A DNA stretch of 56,336 nt from Patescibacteria group bacterium. GTDB taxonomy: Bacteria; Patescibacteriota; Patescibacteriia; UBA1558; GWA2-36-10. How positions within the stretch are numbered: position 1 is the stretch's first letter; the number at the start of each line of letters is the position of its first letter. The notes under the pieces were generated by a model. The model did no database searches. It was not told where the DNA came from and saw nothing but the letters and a program-made list of their open reading frames with translations. A program made the translations under genes and the position numbers. Positions 16,301 through 25,095 of this stretch are shown here, piece after piece. The DNA lies in contig JBAZSG010000003.1 in assembly GCA_041662585.1 (NCBI GenBank), positions 99,011 to 155,346 of the forward strand, read 5' to 3'.

Positions 16301-17206
16301 TTAAACTTTAATCTTGCGCCAAATTGTCAAAAGTGGTGAAGCTAAAAAAATTGAAGAGTAAGTACCCACAATAACACCAAAAATCAAAGCTAAAACAAAA
16401 TTTTTGATGCTCTCTCCACCAAAGAAATATATAGCTAGAAGTACCAATAAAGTAGTAAAAGAAGTATTTATAGATCTCACAATAGTTTCATTGACACTAA
16501 TATTTACTATATCCTCAAAACTCTTGTCTTGATTTTTAAACAAATTTTCTCTAATCCTATCAAAGGTAACTATAGTATCGTGAACTGAAAAACCAAGTAT
16601 TGTTAATAAGGCTGTTACAAATAATACATCTATTTCTGTGCCAAAAAAATACCCCAAAGCAGCAAATAGACCAGTAATTATTAAAATATCATGCACCAAA
16701 GCAATAATGGCAGCTAAGCCATATTTCCAAGAAGCAACTGGTTTTGATACTTTACGAAAAGCATAAGCAATGTATAAAATAATAAAAATTAATACTACTA
16801 TGATAGCTTCAATAGTTTTAGACTTTAATTCTTCACCAATTATTGGTCCGACAGCTTCAAAACGTAATTCAGTCAGAGTATTATCCTCTATTTCTTCTAT
16901 TTTGATATTTTCTAAATCACTAATAATGCTTTGATGAACATTTTCTTCTATATTTTCAAAACGTAAAATATAGTCACTATCTCCACTTGGTTGTATCTTA
17001 AGACTCTTAAGTCCTAGATCAGCCAACGAAGCTTGTATTTGTTCTACAGAAGGTCTTTGATTTGAGTAAGATACTTCTAAAAAACTACCACCCGTAAAAT
17101 CAATCCCCAATTTTAAGCCACCCATAGCCAAAAAAATTATAGACAATAACATCAAAAATCCTGAAATGCCAAACCAAATTTTTTGTGTTCCAATAATATT
17201 ATACAT
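16301..17206 (-). CDS. secF: protein translocase subunit SecF
   Basis: GIDFTGGS, six TM helices, and a position immediately downstream of secD. Confidence 0.9.
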   Translation of the reverse strand: MYNIIGTQKIWFGISGFLMLLSIIFLAMGGLKLGIDFTGGSFLEVSYSNQRPSVEQIQASLADLGLKSLKIQPSGDSDYILRFENIEENVHQSIISDLENIKIEEIEDNTLTELRFEAVGPIIGEELKSKTIEAIIVVLIFIILYIAYAFRKVSKPVASWKYGLAAIIALVHDILIITGLFAALGYFFGTEIDVLFVTALLTILGFSVHDTIVTFDRIRENLFKNQDKSFEDIVNISVNETIVRSINTSFTTLLVLLAIYFFGGESIKNFVLALIFGVIVGTYSSIFLASPLLTIWRKIKV

Positions 17207-17210
17207 AGAT

Positions 17211-18878
17211 TTATTCTTTTGCTTTTTTTACTCCAAATAAACCAAGTTTACCTTCTAAACGTTTGTTGACTATCAAACGTAAAAAAGTTCTAGTGACTGT
17301 AATAGCTGAAAACATAGAAATAAATATTCCAATACCAAGTGTAATGGCAAAACCCCTAATAATAGAACTACCAAACCAAGTCAAAATTAAGCAAGTTATA
17401 ATAGATGAAATATTGGAGTCTTTGATAGAAGGCCAAGCTCGTATAAAACCATTTTCTATAGCGGTATTAAGACTTTTACCTTTGCGTAACTCTTCTTTGG
17501 TACGCTCAAAAATCAATATATTAGCATCTACAGCCATACCAATAGACAATATAAACCCAGCTACACCAGCCAAAGTCATAGTAACTGGCACTATTTCAAA
17601 TACCGCTAAGTTTAATATGGCATAAATAAACAAAGCTATAACTGACAAAATACCTGGTAGCCTATAAAAAATAAGCATAAATAATGCAGCAGCCAACAAT
17701 CCAATAATACCAGCTAACAAGCTTTTGTTTACTGAATCTTCTCCCAAACTAGCACCAACCGTGGTTTGGCCAATAAGCTCTATTGGTACAGGTAAAGCTC
17801 CCAAATTTAAATTTTTAATCAACTCTTTGGCTTCGGTAATAGTAAAATTACCTGAAATTTGAGCTTCTCCGTCTTTGATTGGCTCATTTACTATAGGACT
17901 AGAAATAAGCTCGCCATCCAAAAATATTCCGATTGGTTTACCAACATTTTCTGTAGTTAATTTTGCAAAAATATCTTTACCATTGTCATTGAAAGATAAC
18001 AAAACCAATGGAGATTGCGTGTTTTGTTGAAAGCTAAGCTGAGCTTTGGCTACTTCGCGACCACTCAAAGCAGTATTGTCCCAAACAATATCAACTAAGT
18101 CTGCATTATCTTTTTGAAATAAAATATGAGCTGAATGTACTTCAATTTCTCCTTGTTCGTTCAATCTTTGATCTATCTTTTTGATAATATGATACCCAAA
18201 TTGAGATTCTATCAACTCAGTATGTACTTGATCAACTTTAAAATTTTCATTAAAAAGAGCTTCGTCAAATTCTGGTACAAACAAACCCTTTGTTGTATAG
18301 CCCAAGTCTCCACCATTTACAGCTGAAGCTTGATCCTCACTATATTCACTGGCTAGTGTAGCAAAATCTTCACCAGCCAAAGCTCGGTCTAATATTTTTT
18401 GAGCCTGTATTTTAATTTCATCTACTGTATCTTCTGGAGTATCGGTAATTTCTGGAACACCTTGAGTTTTAAATTCTAGATGAGGTGTCTTATCGATAAT
18501 AGCAATGGCTTCATTGGCATCTTTAATACCAGCTAGTTCTACAATAATACGATAATTGTCTCCACTAAAATTGGTTTGTACTATTGGTTCGGAGACACCA
18601 TAAGCATTGACACGACGTTCAATCACATCTCGAAGAGCTTGTACTCCTTCTCTTTTTTCAGCTCCCTCCAAAGCTGAAACATCAGCTTGGTAGACAAGAT
18701 GAGTACCCCCTTGTAAATCAAGGCCTAAATGTACTTTAAAATTGCCAAACCAGCCAGGAGCACTGGGCCAAACTATTAGGGCGGCAAAAATAGATAATAA
18801 AAAAATAAAGCCAAAAGTAACTCTGGTTTTAGTAGCTGTTACTTGCCCTTTATTTGAGGTTTCACTGTATTTATTCAT
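17211..18878 (-). CDS. secD: protein translocase subunit SecD carrying an inserted parvulin-type PPIase domain
   Basis: SecD motifs LGLDLQGG, RVNAYGVSEPIVQ and IFLDGELISSPIV plus the C-terminal TM bundle. The insert at aa ~153-257 reads GEDFATLASEYSEDQASAVNGGDLGY...VPEFDEALF...SQFGYHIIKK...HSAHILF. Confidence 0.9.
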   Translation of the reverse strand: MNKYSETSNKGQVTATKTRVTFGFIFLLSIFAALIVWPSAPGWFGNFKVHLGLDLQGGTHLVYQADVSALEGAEKREGVQALRDVIERRVNAYGVSEPIVQTNFSGDNYRIIVELAGIKDANEAIAIIDKTPHLEFKTQGVPEITDTPEDTVDEIKIQAQKILDRALAGEDFATLASEYSEDQASAVNGGDLGYTTKGLFVPEFDEALFNENFKVDQVHTELIESQFGYHIIKKIDQRLNEQGEIEVHSAHILFQKDNADLVDIVWDNTALSGREVAKAQLSFQQNTQSPLVLLSFNDNGKDIFAKLTTENVGKPIGIFLDGELISSPIVNEPIKDGEAQISGNFTITEAKELIKNLNLGALPVPIELIGQTTVGASLGEDSVNKSLLAGIIGLLAAALFMLIFYRLPGILSVIALFIYAILNLAVFEIVPVTMTLAGVAGFILSIGMAVDANILIFERTKEELRKGKSLNTAIENGFIRAWPSIKDSNISSIITCLILTWFGSSIIRGFAITLGIGIFISMFSAITVTRTFLRLIVNKRLEGKLGLFGVKKAKE

Positions 18879-18936
18879 ATATTGTTTATAATCTACAATG
18901 CCAGTATTTTAGCATATTCCTTGATTTTGACAAGTC

Positions 18937-19830
18937 TTATTCACTTATTACAGACTTAATCCAAATATCCAATAAATTGGCAAAATTTTCTCCCCCAGCT
19001 CTAATAGACTTGGGCAATAAAGAATTATTGGTCATACCTGGTATAGTATTTGTTTCTAAAAAATATATTTTATCATCAGCAACTATAAAGTCGCTACGAC
19101 TAATATGACGAGCGTTTAAAGCTAAGTGCATTTTAAGAGCTTGCTCTTGAAGTTTTTTGCTTAAAACAGTGTCTATTTTGGCTGGACATATTTCGTCTAC
19201 CAGTTTATCATCATATTTACTAGCATAATCAAAAAAATCATTTTTTGACACTACTTCTATCACTGGCAAGGCAAATGTGTCTTTATTTTTATCTACCACA
19301 GCCACGGTAAATTCTCTACCTTTTATATAATCTTCCAACAAAACTTTATCACTATATTTAAAAGCATTTTTTAAAGCCTTGTCTAAATCTGCTTGATTGT
19401 GTGCAATAGAAATGCCAATTGAGCTACCTCCTAGTAAAGGCTTTATGACTAGTGATTTTTCAAATTTTATTTTTTTTAAATTATTTAATACTTGGTCAGA
19501 AGCTACCAAAATATTATTTTGTTTGGCTAGATATTTGGTCAAATATTTATCCATAGCCACTGCATGAGCTTCAACATCAGAAAATATAAAAGGAATTCCT
19601 AGAGTTTTTAAAAATCCTTGCACTATACCACTTTCTCCACCTGGTCCATGAAAGACTGGTACAGCTACCACATATTCTTGCCGTAAATTTAAAAATTTGT
19701 TTAGATCACTAGGAAAATCAAAAACAGCTACTTCATATTTTGCCTTCAAAGCTTCAATGACATTTTTACTTGAAGCCAAGGCAACTTCTCTTTCTGAACT
19801 GTCTCCCCCTGTCAGTACGGCTATTTTCAT
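18937..19830 (-). CDS. ddl: D-alanine--D-alanine ligase
   Basis: MKIAVLTGGDSSEREVALASS N-terminus, an ATP-grasp core, and C-terminal ETNTIPGMT. Confidence 0.9.
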   Translation of the reverse strand: MKIAVLTGGDSSEREVALASSKNVIEALKAKYEVAVFDFPSDLNKFLNLRQEYVVAVPVFHGPGGESGIVQGFLKTLGIPFIFSDVEAHAVAMDKYLTKYLAKQNNILVASDQVLNNLKKIKFEKSLVIKPLLGGSSIGISIAHNQADLDKALKNAFKYSDKVLLEDYIKGREFTVAVVDKNKDTFALPVIEVVSKNDFFDYASKYDDKLVDEICPAKIDTVLSKKLQEQALKMHLALNARHISRSDFIVADDKIYFLETNTIPGMTNNSLLPKSIRAGGENFANLLDIWIKSVISE

Positions 19831-19855
19831 ATGTTTATATTTATAATAATTATAT

Positions 19856-19930
19856 TAATTGTGAGTATTACTGCACTAGATGTGACTTTGCGTAGCAACG
19901 GAACAGTCTGTGCAGTATACGAACAATTAA
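19856..19930. repeat. long imperfect inverted repeat / hairpin in a G+C-rich intergenic patch
   Basis: AATTGTGAGTATTACTGCAC ... GTGCAGTATACGAACAATT gives 8 + 3 + 6 bp arms with a bulge and an internal loop, around a 33-nt structured loop. Confidence 0.5.
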
Positions 19931-19938
19931 TAGTTAAT

Positions 19939-20733
19939 TTATTTCTTAATACTAAAAGCTTGAATAGCTAAACCTAAATAAGGAAATATTTTGGCTAGTG
20001 TCTTATGCTCAAAATTTAAATATGGTCTATAAAACTTTAATAAAAACTTGTTGTTTGTTCTAACAAAATAATCATAAGTATAAAAATCAACAACTTTAAA
20101 ATTGGTTGACTCTAATTGTTTTTTTAATTTCCATGGTTTATAACTTTCTGCGTCTGGCTCAATTTCTTCTTGAGAGGCTTTATTTAGCTTTAAAAACCCA
20201 AATAGTTTGTTTATTACCCTATTTATCGCCCAAGTATAAAAAAATGGATTATAGGGTTTTATAAATTGACTACTTGGTTCGCCAAGCAACACAAAAGCTC
20301 CACCTGTTTTAAGTACACGATAAGCTTCATTAAATGTTTTTTCTACAGCAAAAAAATGATGTAGTGAGCCATTGATAATGACCATATCAAAATAATCATC
20401 CTGATATGGTAGCTTTGTTACCTCTGAACATTCCAATTTTAAATTTGGATATTTTTGCTTAGCAATTTTAAGTACTTCCTCTGATATATCAACCCCATAG
20501 ACCTCGTCAGATATTTTAAACAAAGAATTGGCCAAACGACCAGTGCCGCAGCCCAATTCTAAGCTTTTATTAATATGCTTATCGCCAAGAAACTTTTTTA
20601 GATTTGCAAAATTCCAAACATCTACTATTTTTGCACTAGGAGGATTGATATGCCAATCATCATATTTGGCAGCTGTATCATTATAATATTTTTTCTGAAC
20701 TTTAGATTTTTGGCTATACAGATCTTGCTTCAT
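19939..20733 (-). CDS. class I SAM-dependent methyltransferase
   Basis: Motif I LELGCGTGRL, with downstream DVS and IINGSLHH elements. Confidence 0.8.
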   Translation of the reverse strand: MKQDLYSQKSKVQKKYYNDTAAKYDDWHINPPSAKIVDVWNFANLKKFLGDKHINKSLELGCGTGRLANSLFKISDEVYGVDISEEVLKIAKQKYPNLKLECSEVTKLPYQDDYFDMVIINGSLHHFFAVEKTFNEAYRVLKTGGAFVLLGEPSSQFIKPYNPFFYTWAINRVINKLFGFLKLNKASQEEIEPDAESYKPWKLKKQLESTNFKVVDFYTYDYFVRTNNKFLLKFYRPYLNFEHKTLAKIFPYLGLAIQAFSIKK

Positions 20734-20745
20734 TTTAAAATAAAT

Positions 20746-22815
20746 TTATAAATCCAAATCATTGACTTTTTCCCAGTCAGTTTCATTTAAAACTGCTATA
20801 TAATCATCAGCTAATATATACATATAGTCACCAAGATAAAGGGCTCTTTGGACATTTGGTACAGAAATAGCTCTAACCAATTCTAGATTATCATTGGCAT
20901 AAGAGAATATATAACCTCCGTTGTAAGATGGCAAGAAAAATACTTCATGATTTGGATCTTGTAAGAAAGCATGATGATTATATAAAACATCGCTACCGTA
21001 TTCAGCTAAAGAATATTTGGCTATTTCTTGTGGGTTGCTAGGATTTGAAACATCAAAATAAGAAAGTTTTACTTGACCGTTTTCCATACCAATCCCTAAA
21101 ATTTTATTTTCAGATATTGGGTGCAAATATGATGAATAACCAGGAATTTTCAATTCACCAACCATTTTTGGATTTTTTGGACTAGATAAATCCAATACAT
21201 AAAATGGATCAGTTTGTCTAAAAGTAACCAAATAACCCAAATCACCAATAAAACGGACAGCATAGATACGCTCACTAAGTCCCAAGTCCAAAATAGAACC
21301 TTGTATTTTTAAGTTATCATCAAGGATATAAACATCGTTGGCTTGGCTATCACTGGCAGATATACCCCATCTCCAACTCTCACCAATCGTAGTAGCCACT
21401 CTAAGATTACCATCAAACTCATCCATAGAAAATTGATTGAGTAAATAACCTGGCACACTAGTATTGGCTGTTATTTTAAAATTATTTATATCAATTTTGG
21501 CAATACCAGTACTGACAATAAGTCTTTTATTTTTTTCATAATAATTTTCAGCTCTATTTTGCATGTCATTTTCCAATTTGAGCATTTGGTCTTTATCTAA
21601 AGATTGCATCCACTCATCAAGTATGGTCTGTAATTCATTGAACTTTGAACTACTACTAATATCATAAGTACTAAGTTTGTTTAATCTAACTAACAAATTA
21701 GCTGGAATATAATCCTTCATCTCTGTGCTGACAAAATCAAACATAAAATCAAACATATCTACATTTTGTGTATAAGCTATGTACAAAGCCTCTTTTGACA
21801 TATAAATATTAGAGGTATTTTGATCACCCACAAAAGAAATTTTGTTATCCAAATTTCCTGACTTTGGATCTAAAATAATAGCTGTAAAAGTAGAATTTAC
21901 TTGTGTGGCAACACTTGGATAGTATATATCTCCACACGGTACAATCATAGTTTCACCCTGACGTATAAAAGGAGTTATTGGGCAAGGATTATATCTGTTT
22001 ATGCTGGTTTGAGTAACTAAATATACTTTATTATTATAAAGTCTAGAAGTCACCAAATATGTGTCATCATCCAATTTTATATCCCATTTTTTAGTTACTT
22101 CTTTTGGATTTGAAACATCATAGGCTACTATATTTTGTCCAGAAAATACCATCAAAATATTGTCTGCCAAAAGTAAATCACCAGTCAAATCAATCTCTGA
22201 ACTTAAAGCCAAATCACTTGGAGGCCAAGCATTTATAATATTTGTTTTATTATTATTTACAAATTCTGGTGCCAAACTTGTACCTTCAAAATCATCTTCA
22301 AACGTTACATCCATACGTACCGGAGTATCAATCCAATATCTACCTATATTATCTGAAAAATAAATTTGACTACCATCTGTTTTTACAATATCTGCTTCAT
22401 CAATGCCAGCTACCTGTACATTTGTATCTGATATTCTATCTGGAGCCCCTCCACCGCCAATGCCTATTTCTTTTGAAATACTCTCTGAATTGCCTAATGC
22501 AAAATCCATAGCATCATCTGTCATCATAGTTGGTTGAGCCAAAGTTCTACTAACGCCCATACCCATACCATAATAGGCCACTTGATCCATATCTTCTATA
22601 TATTCTCTAAATTCATCAACTGAAGTAAATTTTTTAAGGGTATTATTTTGAGTAAGTTTTTTGCTTATAGGCTTTAAATTTAGATAAGCCAAATTATCTG
22701 GCCTATCAATTTGTGATATAATAAATACCAAAGCAACTGCTGAAAATAATATTAAAACCACCAAATAAACTGGTGTAAAACCAAAGCTTGTATTTTTTTG
22801 TTTTACTTTTTTCAT
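20746..22815 (-). CDS. membrane-anchored beta-propeller domain protein (Beta_propel/PF09826-like)
   Basis: N-terminal TM helix. The C-terminal signature is IYAVRFIGDLGYLVTFRQTDPFYVLDLSSPKNPKMVGELKIPGYSSYLHP. Confidence 0.7.
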   Translation of the reverse strand: MKKVKQKNTSFGFTPVYLVVLILFSAVALVFIISQIDRPDNLAYLNLKPISKKLTQNNTLKKFTSVDEFREYIEDMDQVAYYGMGMGVSRTLAQPTMMTDDAMDFALGNSESISKEIGIGGGGAPDRISDTNVQVAGIDEADIVKTDGSQIYFSDNIGRYWIDTPVRMDVTFEDDFEGTSLAPEFVNNNKTNIINAWPPSDLALSSEIDLTGDLLLADNILMVFSGQNIVAYDVSNPKEVTKKWDIKLDDDTYLVTSRLYNNKVYLVTQTSINRYNPCPITPFIRQGETMIVPCGDIYYPSVATQVNSTFTAIILDPKSGNLDNKISFVGDQNTSNIYMSKEALYIAYTQNVDMFDFMFDFVSTEMKDYIPANLLVRLNKLSTYDISSSSKFNELQTILDEWMQSLDKDQMLKLENDMQNRAENYYEKNKRLIVSTGIAKIDINNFKITANTSVPGYLLNQFSMDEFDGNLRVATTIGESWRWGISASDSQANDVYILDDNLKIQGSILDLGLSERIYAVRFIGDLGYLVTFRQTDPFYVLDLSSPKNPKMVGELKIPGYSSYLHPISENKILGIGMENGQVKLSYFDVSNPSNPQEIAKYSLAEYGSDVLYNHHAFLQDPNHEVFFLPSYNGGYIFSYANDNLELVRAISVPNVQRALYLGDYMYILADDYIAVLNETDWEKVNDLDL

Positions 22816-22857
22816 ATTTTTATTTTAAATATTTTATCTATATATTATAGCACAAAA

Positions 22858-23544
22858 TCAATTTCCCCCAAAACGTCTTTGTCGTTTATTGTATTCTTCT
22901 ATAGCTATATCCAAATCTTTTTCGTTAAAAGCTGGCCAAGTTTTTTCAGGAAAATAAAGCTCACTATAAATAGATTGCCAAGTTAAAAATCCTGATAAAC
23001 GCTTTTCTCCAGAAGTACGAATTATCATATCTGGATCTGCTATACCCGCTGAATCAAGATTTTGGCTTATTAATTTTTCATTTATCTTTTTGGCACTAAT
23101 TCCTTGGGATACAATTTTTTTAAAAGCTCTTACCAGTTCATCTCTACCTCCATAGCTAAGACAAATATTTAATAGGCCATTTTTACCATTTTTTGTTTTT
23201 TCTTTAGCCTTGGCTATAGATTTTTGTAAATCTTTATCAAAATCAGCTAATCTACCAAAAAAATTTACTTTAATTCCTTGTTTGGCTAGAATATTTATTT
23301 CTTTATTGACCAAAATTCTAAACAAATTCATTAAATAGTTGACTTCTTTTTTGTCTCTATTCCAGTTTTCTGTAGAAAAAGCATAAACAGTCACTATTTT
23401 AATGCCTTTTTTAAAAACATAAGTAGTCACTTTTTTTAAGTTTTCAAAACCCTGTCTATGCCCCTCAAAAGTTGGCAAGCCTTTGGCTTTGGCCCAGCGA
23501 CGATTGCCATCTAGTATAATACCTATATGTTTGGGAATTTTCAT
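22858..23544 (-). CDS. uppS: undecaprenyl-diphosphate synthase (isoprenyl transferase)
   Basis: HIGIILDGNRRWAK, GHRQG and RTSGEKRLSGFLTWQ. The track start 23589 is TTG, so I trimmed it to ATG 23544. Confidence 0.9.
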   Translation of the reverse strand: MKIPKHIGIILDGNRRWAKAKGLPTFEGHRQGFENLKKVTTYVFKKGIKIVTVYAFSTENWNRDKKEVNYLMNLFRILVNKEINILAKQGIKVNFFGRLADFDKDLQKSIAKAKEKTKNGKNGLLNICLSYGGRDELVRAFKKIVSQGISAKKINEKLISQNLDSAGIADPDMIIRTSGEKRLSGFLTWQSIYSELYFPEKTWPAFNEKDLDIAIEEYNKRQRRFGGN

Positions 23545-23647
23545 ATTTAATTTAGCAACTTTAAATTTTTTATAAATTAATAATAGCAAAATTTGAGTTT
23601 ATTTAATAGAGCTACTTATATTATTTTATTATATGTTCACTTAATAT

Positions 23648-23670
23648 AAAAAAACCACCTTAGAGGCGGC
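23648..23670 (-). terminator. intrinsic terminator after the pilin cluster
   Basis: The minus strand reads CCGCCU-CUA-AGGUGG (one G-U pair) followed by a U7-8 run. The mismatch on the plus strand argues for minus-strand function. Confidence 0.6.
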
Positions 23671-23697
23671 TTTTTTATATTCACTTTAAAATTATTA

Positions 23698-24063
23698 TTA
23701 TACTGTCTGTTGAAATAGATTTAATATGACATATCTAGATATAGCATAAGCTGTAAGGACAATTACCAAACCAATTATGCCAGCCTGTATTAATTTTTTG
23801 GCCTCATCAATCTTATCAGAGCTTCCATAAGAAGTCATCCATTTGAAACCACCCCACAAAATGATAAGGGTTGTTAAAATACCCAAAAACCCTAAAATCA
23901 CATTTATAACTCCACCAATAGTATCTTCAAGTGGTCGTTGCCCTAAATTTACCTTTCCTTCAAGCTTATTATAGCCCCAATCATCTAAAGTCGGTCCAGC
24001 TGGTGCTTGAGCGTTAGCTATAGCCGGAAAGGCTAATAAAGCGAAAGTTAGTATTTTTTTCAT
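23698..24063 (-). CDS. TrbC/VirB2-like pilin-type small membrane protein, copy 3
   Basis: Signal peptide MKKILTFALLAFPAIANAQA, two TM helices, and the loop KWMTSYGSSDKIDEAKKLI. Confidence 0.7.
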   Translation of the reverse strand: MKKILTFALLAFPAIANAQAPAGPTLDDWGYNKLEGKVNLGQRPLEDTIGGVINVILGFLGILTTLIILWGGFKWMTSYGSSDKIDEAKKLIQAGIIGLVIVLTAYAISRYVILNLFQQTV

Positions 24064-24097
24064 GAATTTATAATTTATATAATAACTATATTATAAA

Positions 24098-24454
24098 TTA
24101 AGCTGTAGCTGTATAAAGTTCACTTAATACATATCTAGAGACAGCATAAGCTGTAAGCACAATCACCAAACCAATGACACCAGCGCCGATAAGTTTTTTG
24201 GCTTCATCAACTTTATCAGAACTTCCATAAGAAGTCATCCATTTGAAACCACCAAATAGAATGATAAGAGTAGTAAGTATACCCAAGAAACCCAAAATGA
24301 TATTTACCACACCACCGATAGTTTCTCTAAGATTTCTTGAGCCTAGAGCAATATCTGTGTCTGTAAAATCATTATATCCCCAAGCACCAAGATTTGCTTG
24401 AGCGTTAGCTATAGCTGGGAAGGCTAATAAAGCGAAAGTTAGTATTTTTTTCAT
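24098..24454 (-). CDS. TrbC/VirB2-like pilin-type small membrane protein, copy 2
   Basis: Same architecture as copy 3. The signal-peptide DNA is almost identical among the three copies. Confidence 0.7.
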   Translation of the reverse strand: MKKILTFALLAFPAIANAQANLGAWGYNDFTDTDIALGSRNLRETIGGVVNIILGFLGILTTLIILFGGFKWMTSYGSSDKVDEAKKLIGAGVIGLVIVLTAYAVSRYVLSELYTATA

Positions 24455-24483
24455 AGTATTTATGAATTACTAATTAATTAATT

Positions 24484-24511
24484 ATTATATCACTAAAGGA
24501 CTTTTTGTCAA
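24484..24511 (-). promoter_or_regulatory. promoter TTGACA-16 nt-TATAAT for pilin copy 2
   Basis: The minus strand has TTGACA (24511-24506) and TATAAT (24489-24484), 30 nt upstream of the ATG at 24454. Confidence 0.5.
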
Positions 24512-24527
24512 TAAATTATACATGATA

Positions 24528-24887
24528 TTAAGCTGTAGCATCATAAAGATTGCTTAATACAAATCTAGAAATAGCATAAGCTGTAAGCACAATCACCAAA
24601 CCAATAGCTCCTGCTACAACTACCGCTCTACCTTGCTCATTTTTTTCAGAGTTACCATAAGAAGTCATCATACTAAAACCTCCAAATAATATAGCAACAG
24701 TAGTAAGTATACCCAAGAAACCCAAAATGATATTTACCACACCACCGATAGTTTCTCTTAAAGGTCTGGATCCTAGAGTAATCCCAGTATCTGTAAAATC
24801 ATTATATCCCCATTCACCAAGATTTGCTTGAGCGTTAGCTATAGCTGGGAAGGCTAATAAAGCGAAAGTTAATATTTTTTTATACAT
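24528..24887 (-). CDS. TrbC/VirB2-like pilin-type small membrane protein, copy 1 (most divergent inter-TM loop)
   Basis: MYKKILTFALLAFPAIANAQA signal peptide and two TM helices. The loop is SMMTSYGNSEKNEQGRAVV. Confidence 0.7.
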   Translation of the reverse strand: MYKKILTFALLAFPAIANAQANLGEWGYNDFTDTGITLGSRPLRETIGGVVNIILGFLGILTTVAILFGGFSMMTSYGNSEKNEQGRAVVVAGAIGLVIVLTAYAISRFVLSNLYDATA

Positions 24888-24902
24888 AATATTACTTATA
24901 TA

Positions 24903-24931
24903 AGTATAGACTAAAATTCCAATTTTGTAAA
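24903..24931 (-). promoter_or_regulatory. promoter TTTACA-17 nt-TATACT for pilin copy 1
   Basis: The minus strand has TTTACA (24931-24926) and TATACT (24908-24903). The leader would be very short. Confidence 0.4.
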
Positions 24932-24949
24932 TAAATAAATTACTCTATT

Positions 24950-25095
24950 GCCCAGCATCTTAGGTCACTTCGCTGTTGGCAGTAAACCATTCGCTATGCT
25001 CAGGTTTACTGCATGAACCAATTTCTACTATGTTAAATTTTCTCAAAACATGGCAAAGCCATGAATCGGAGTGAACACAGTGAGCGACTGGTTCA
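24950..25095 (-). other. G+C-rich structured element immediately 3' of tRNA-Gln (possible small RNA or processing element)
   Basis: A perfect 10-bp hairpin (24979-24988 with 25003-25012), a 6-bp hairpin at 25049-25063, and a 9-bp long-range stem (25012-25020 with 25089-25097). No ORF is present. Confidence 0.35.

Noticed and set aside
19856-19930. Resemblance of AATTGTGAG…ACAATT to the lac operator
   Set aside because: The two half-sites are about 55 nt apart rather than adjacent, and no LacI-family gene is nearby. I treat the resemblance as coincidental and report the element only as a hairpin.
23698-24887. Repeated ~55-nt blocks that could be mistaken for a repeat array or CRISPR
   Set aside because: The repeats are the 5' ends (signal-peptide coding) of three paralogous genes, spaced about 400 nt apart within ORFs. 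They are not short direct repeats with spacers.
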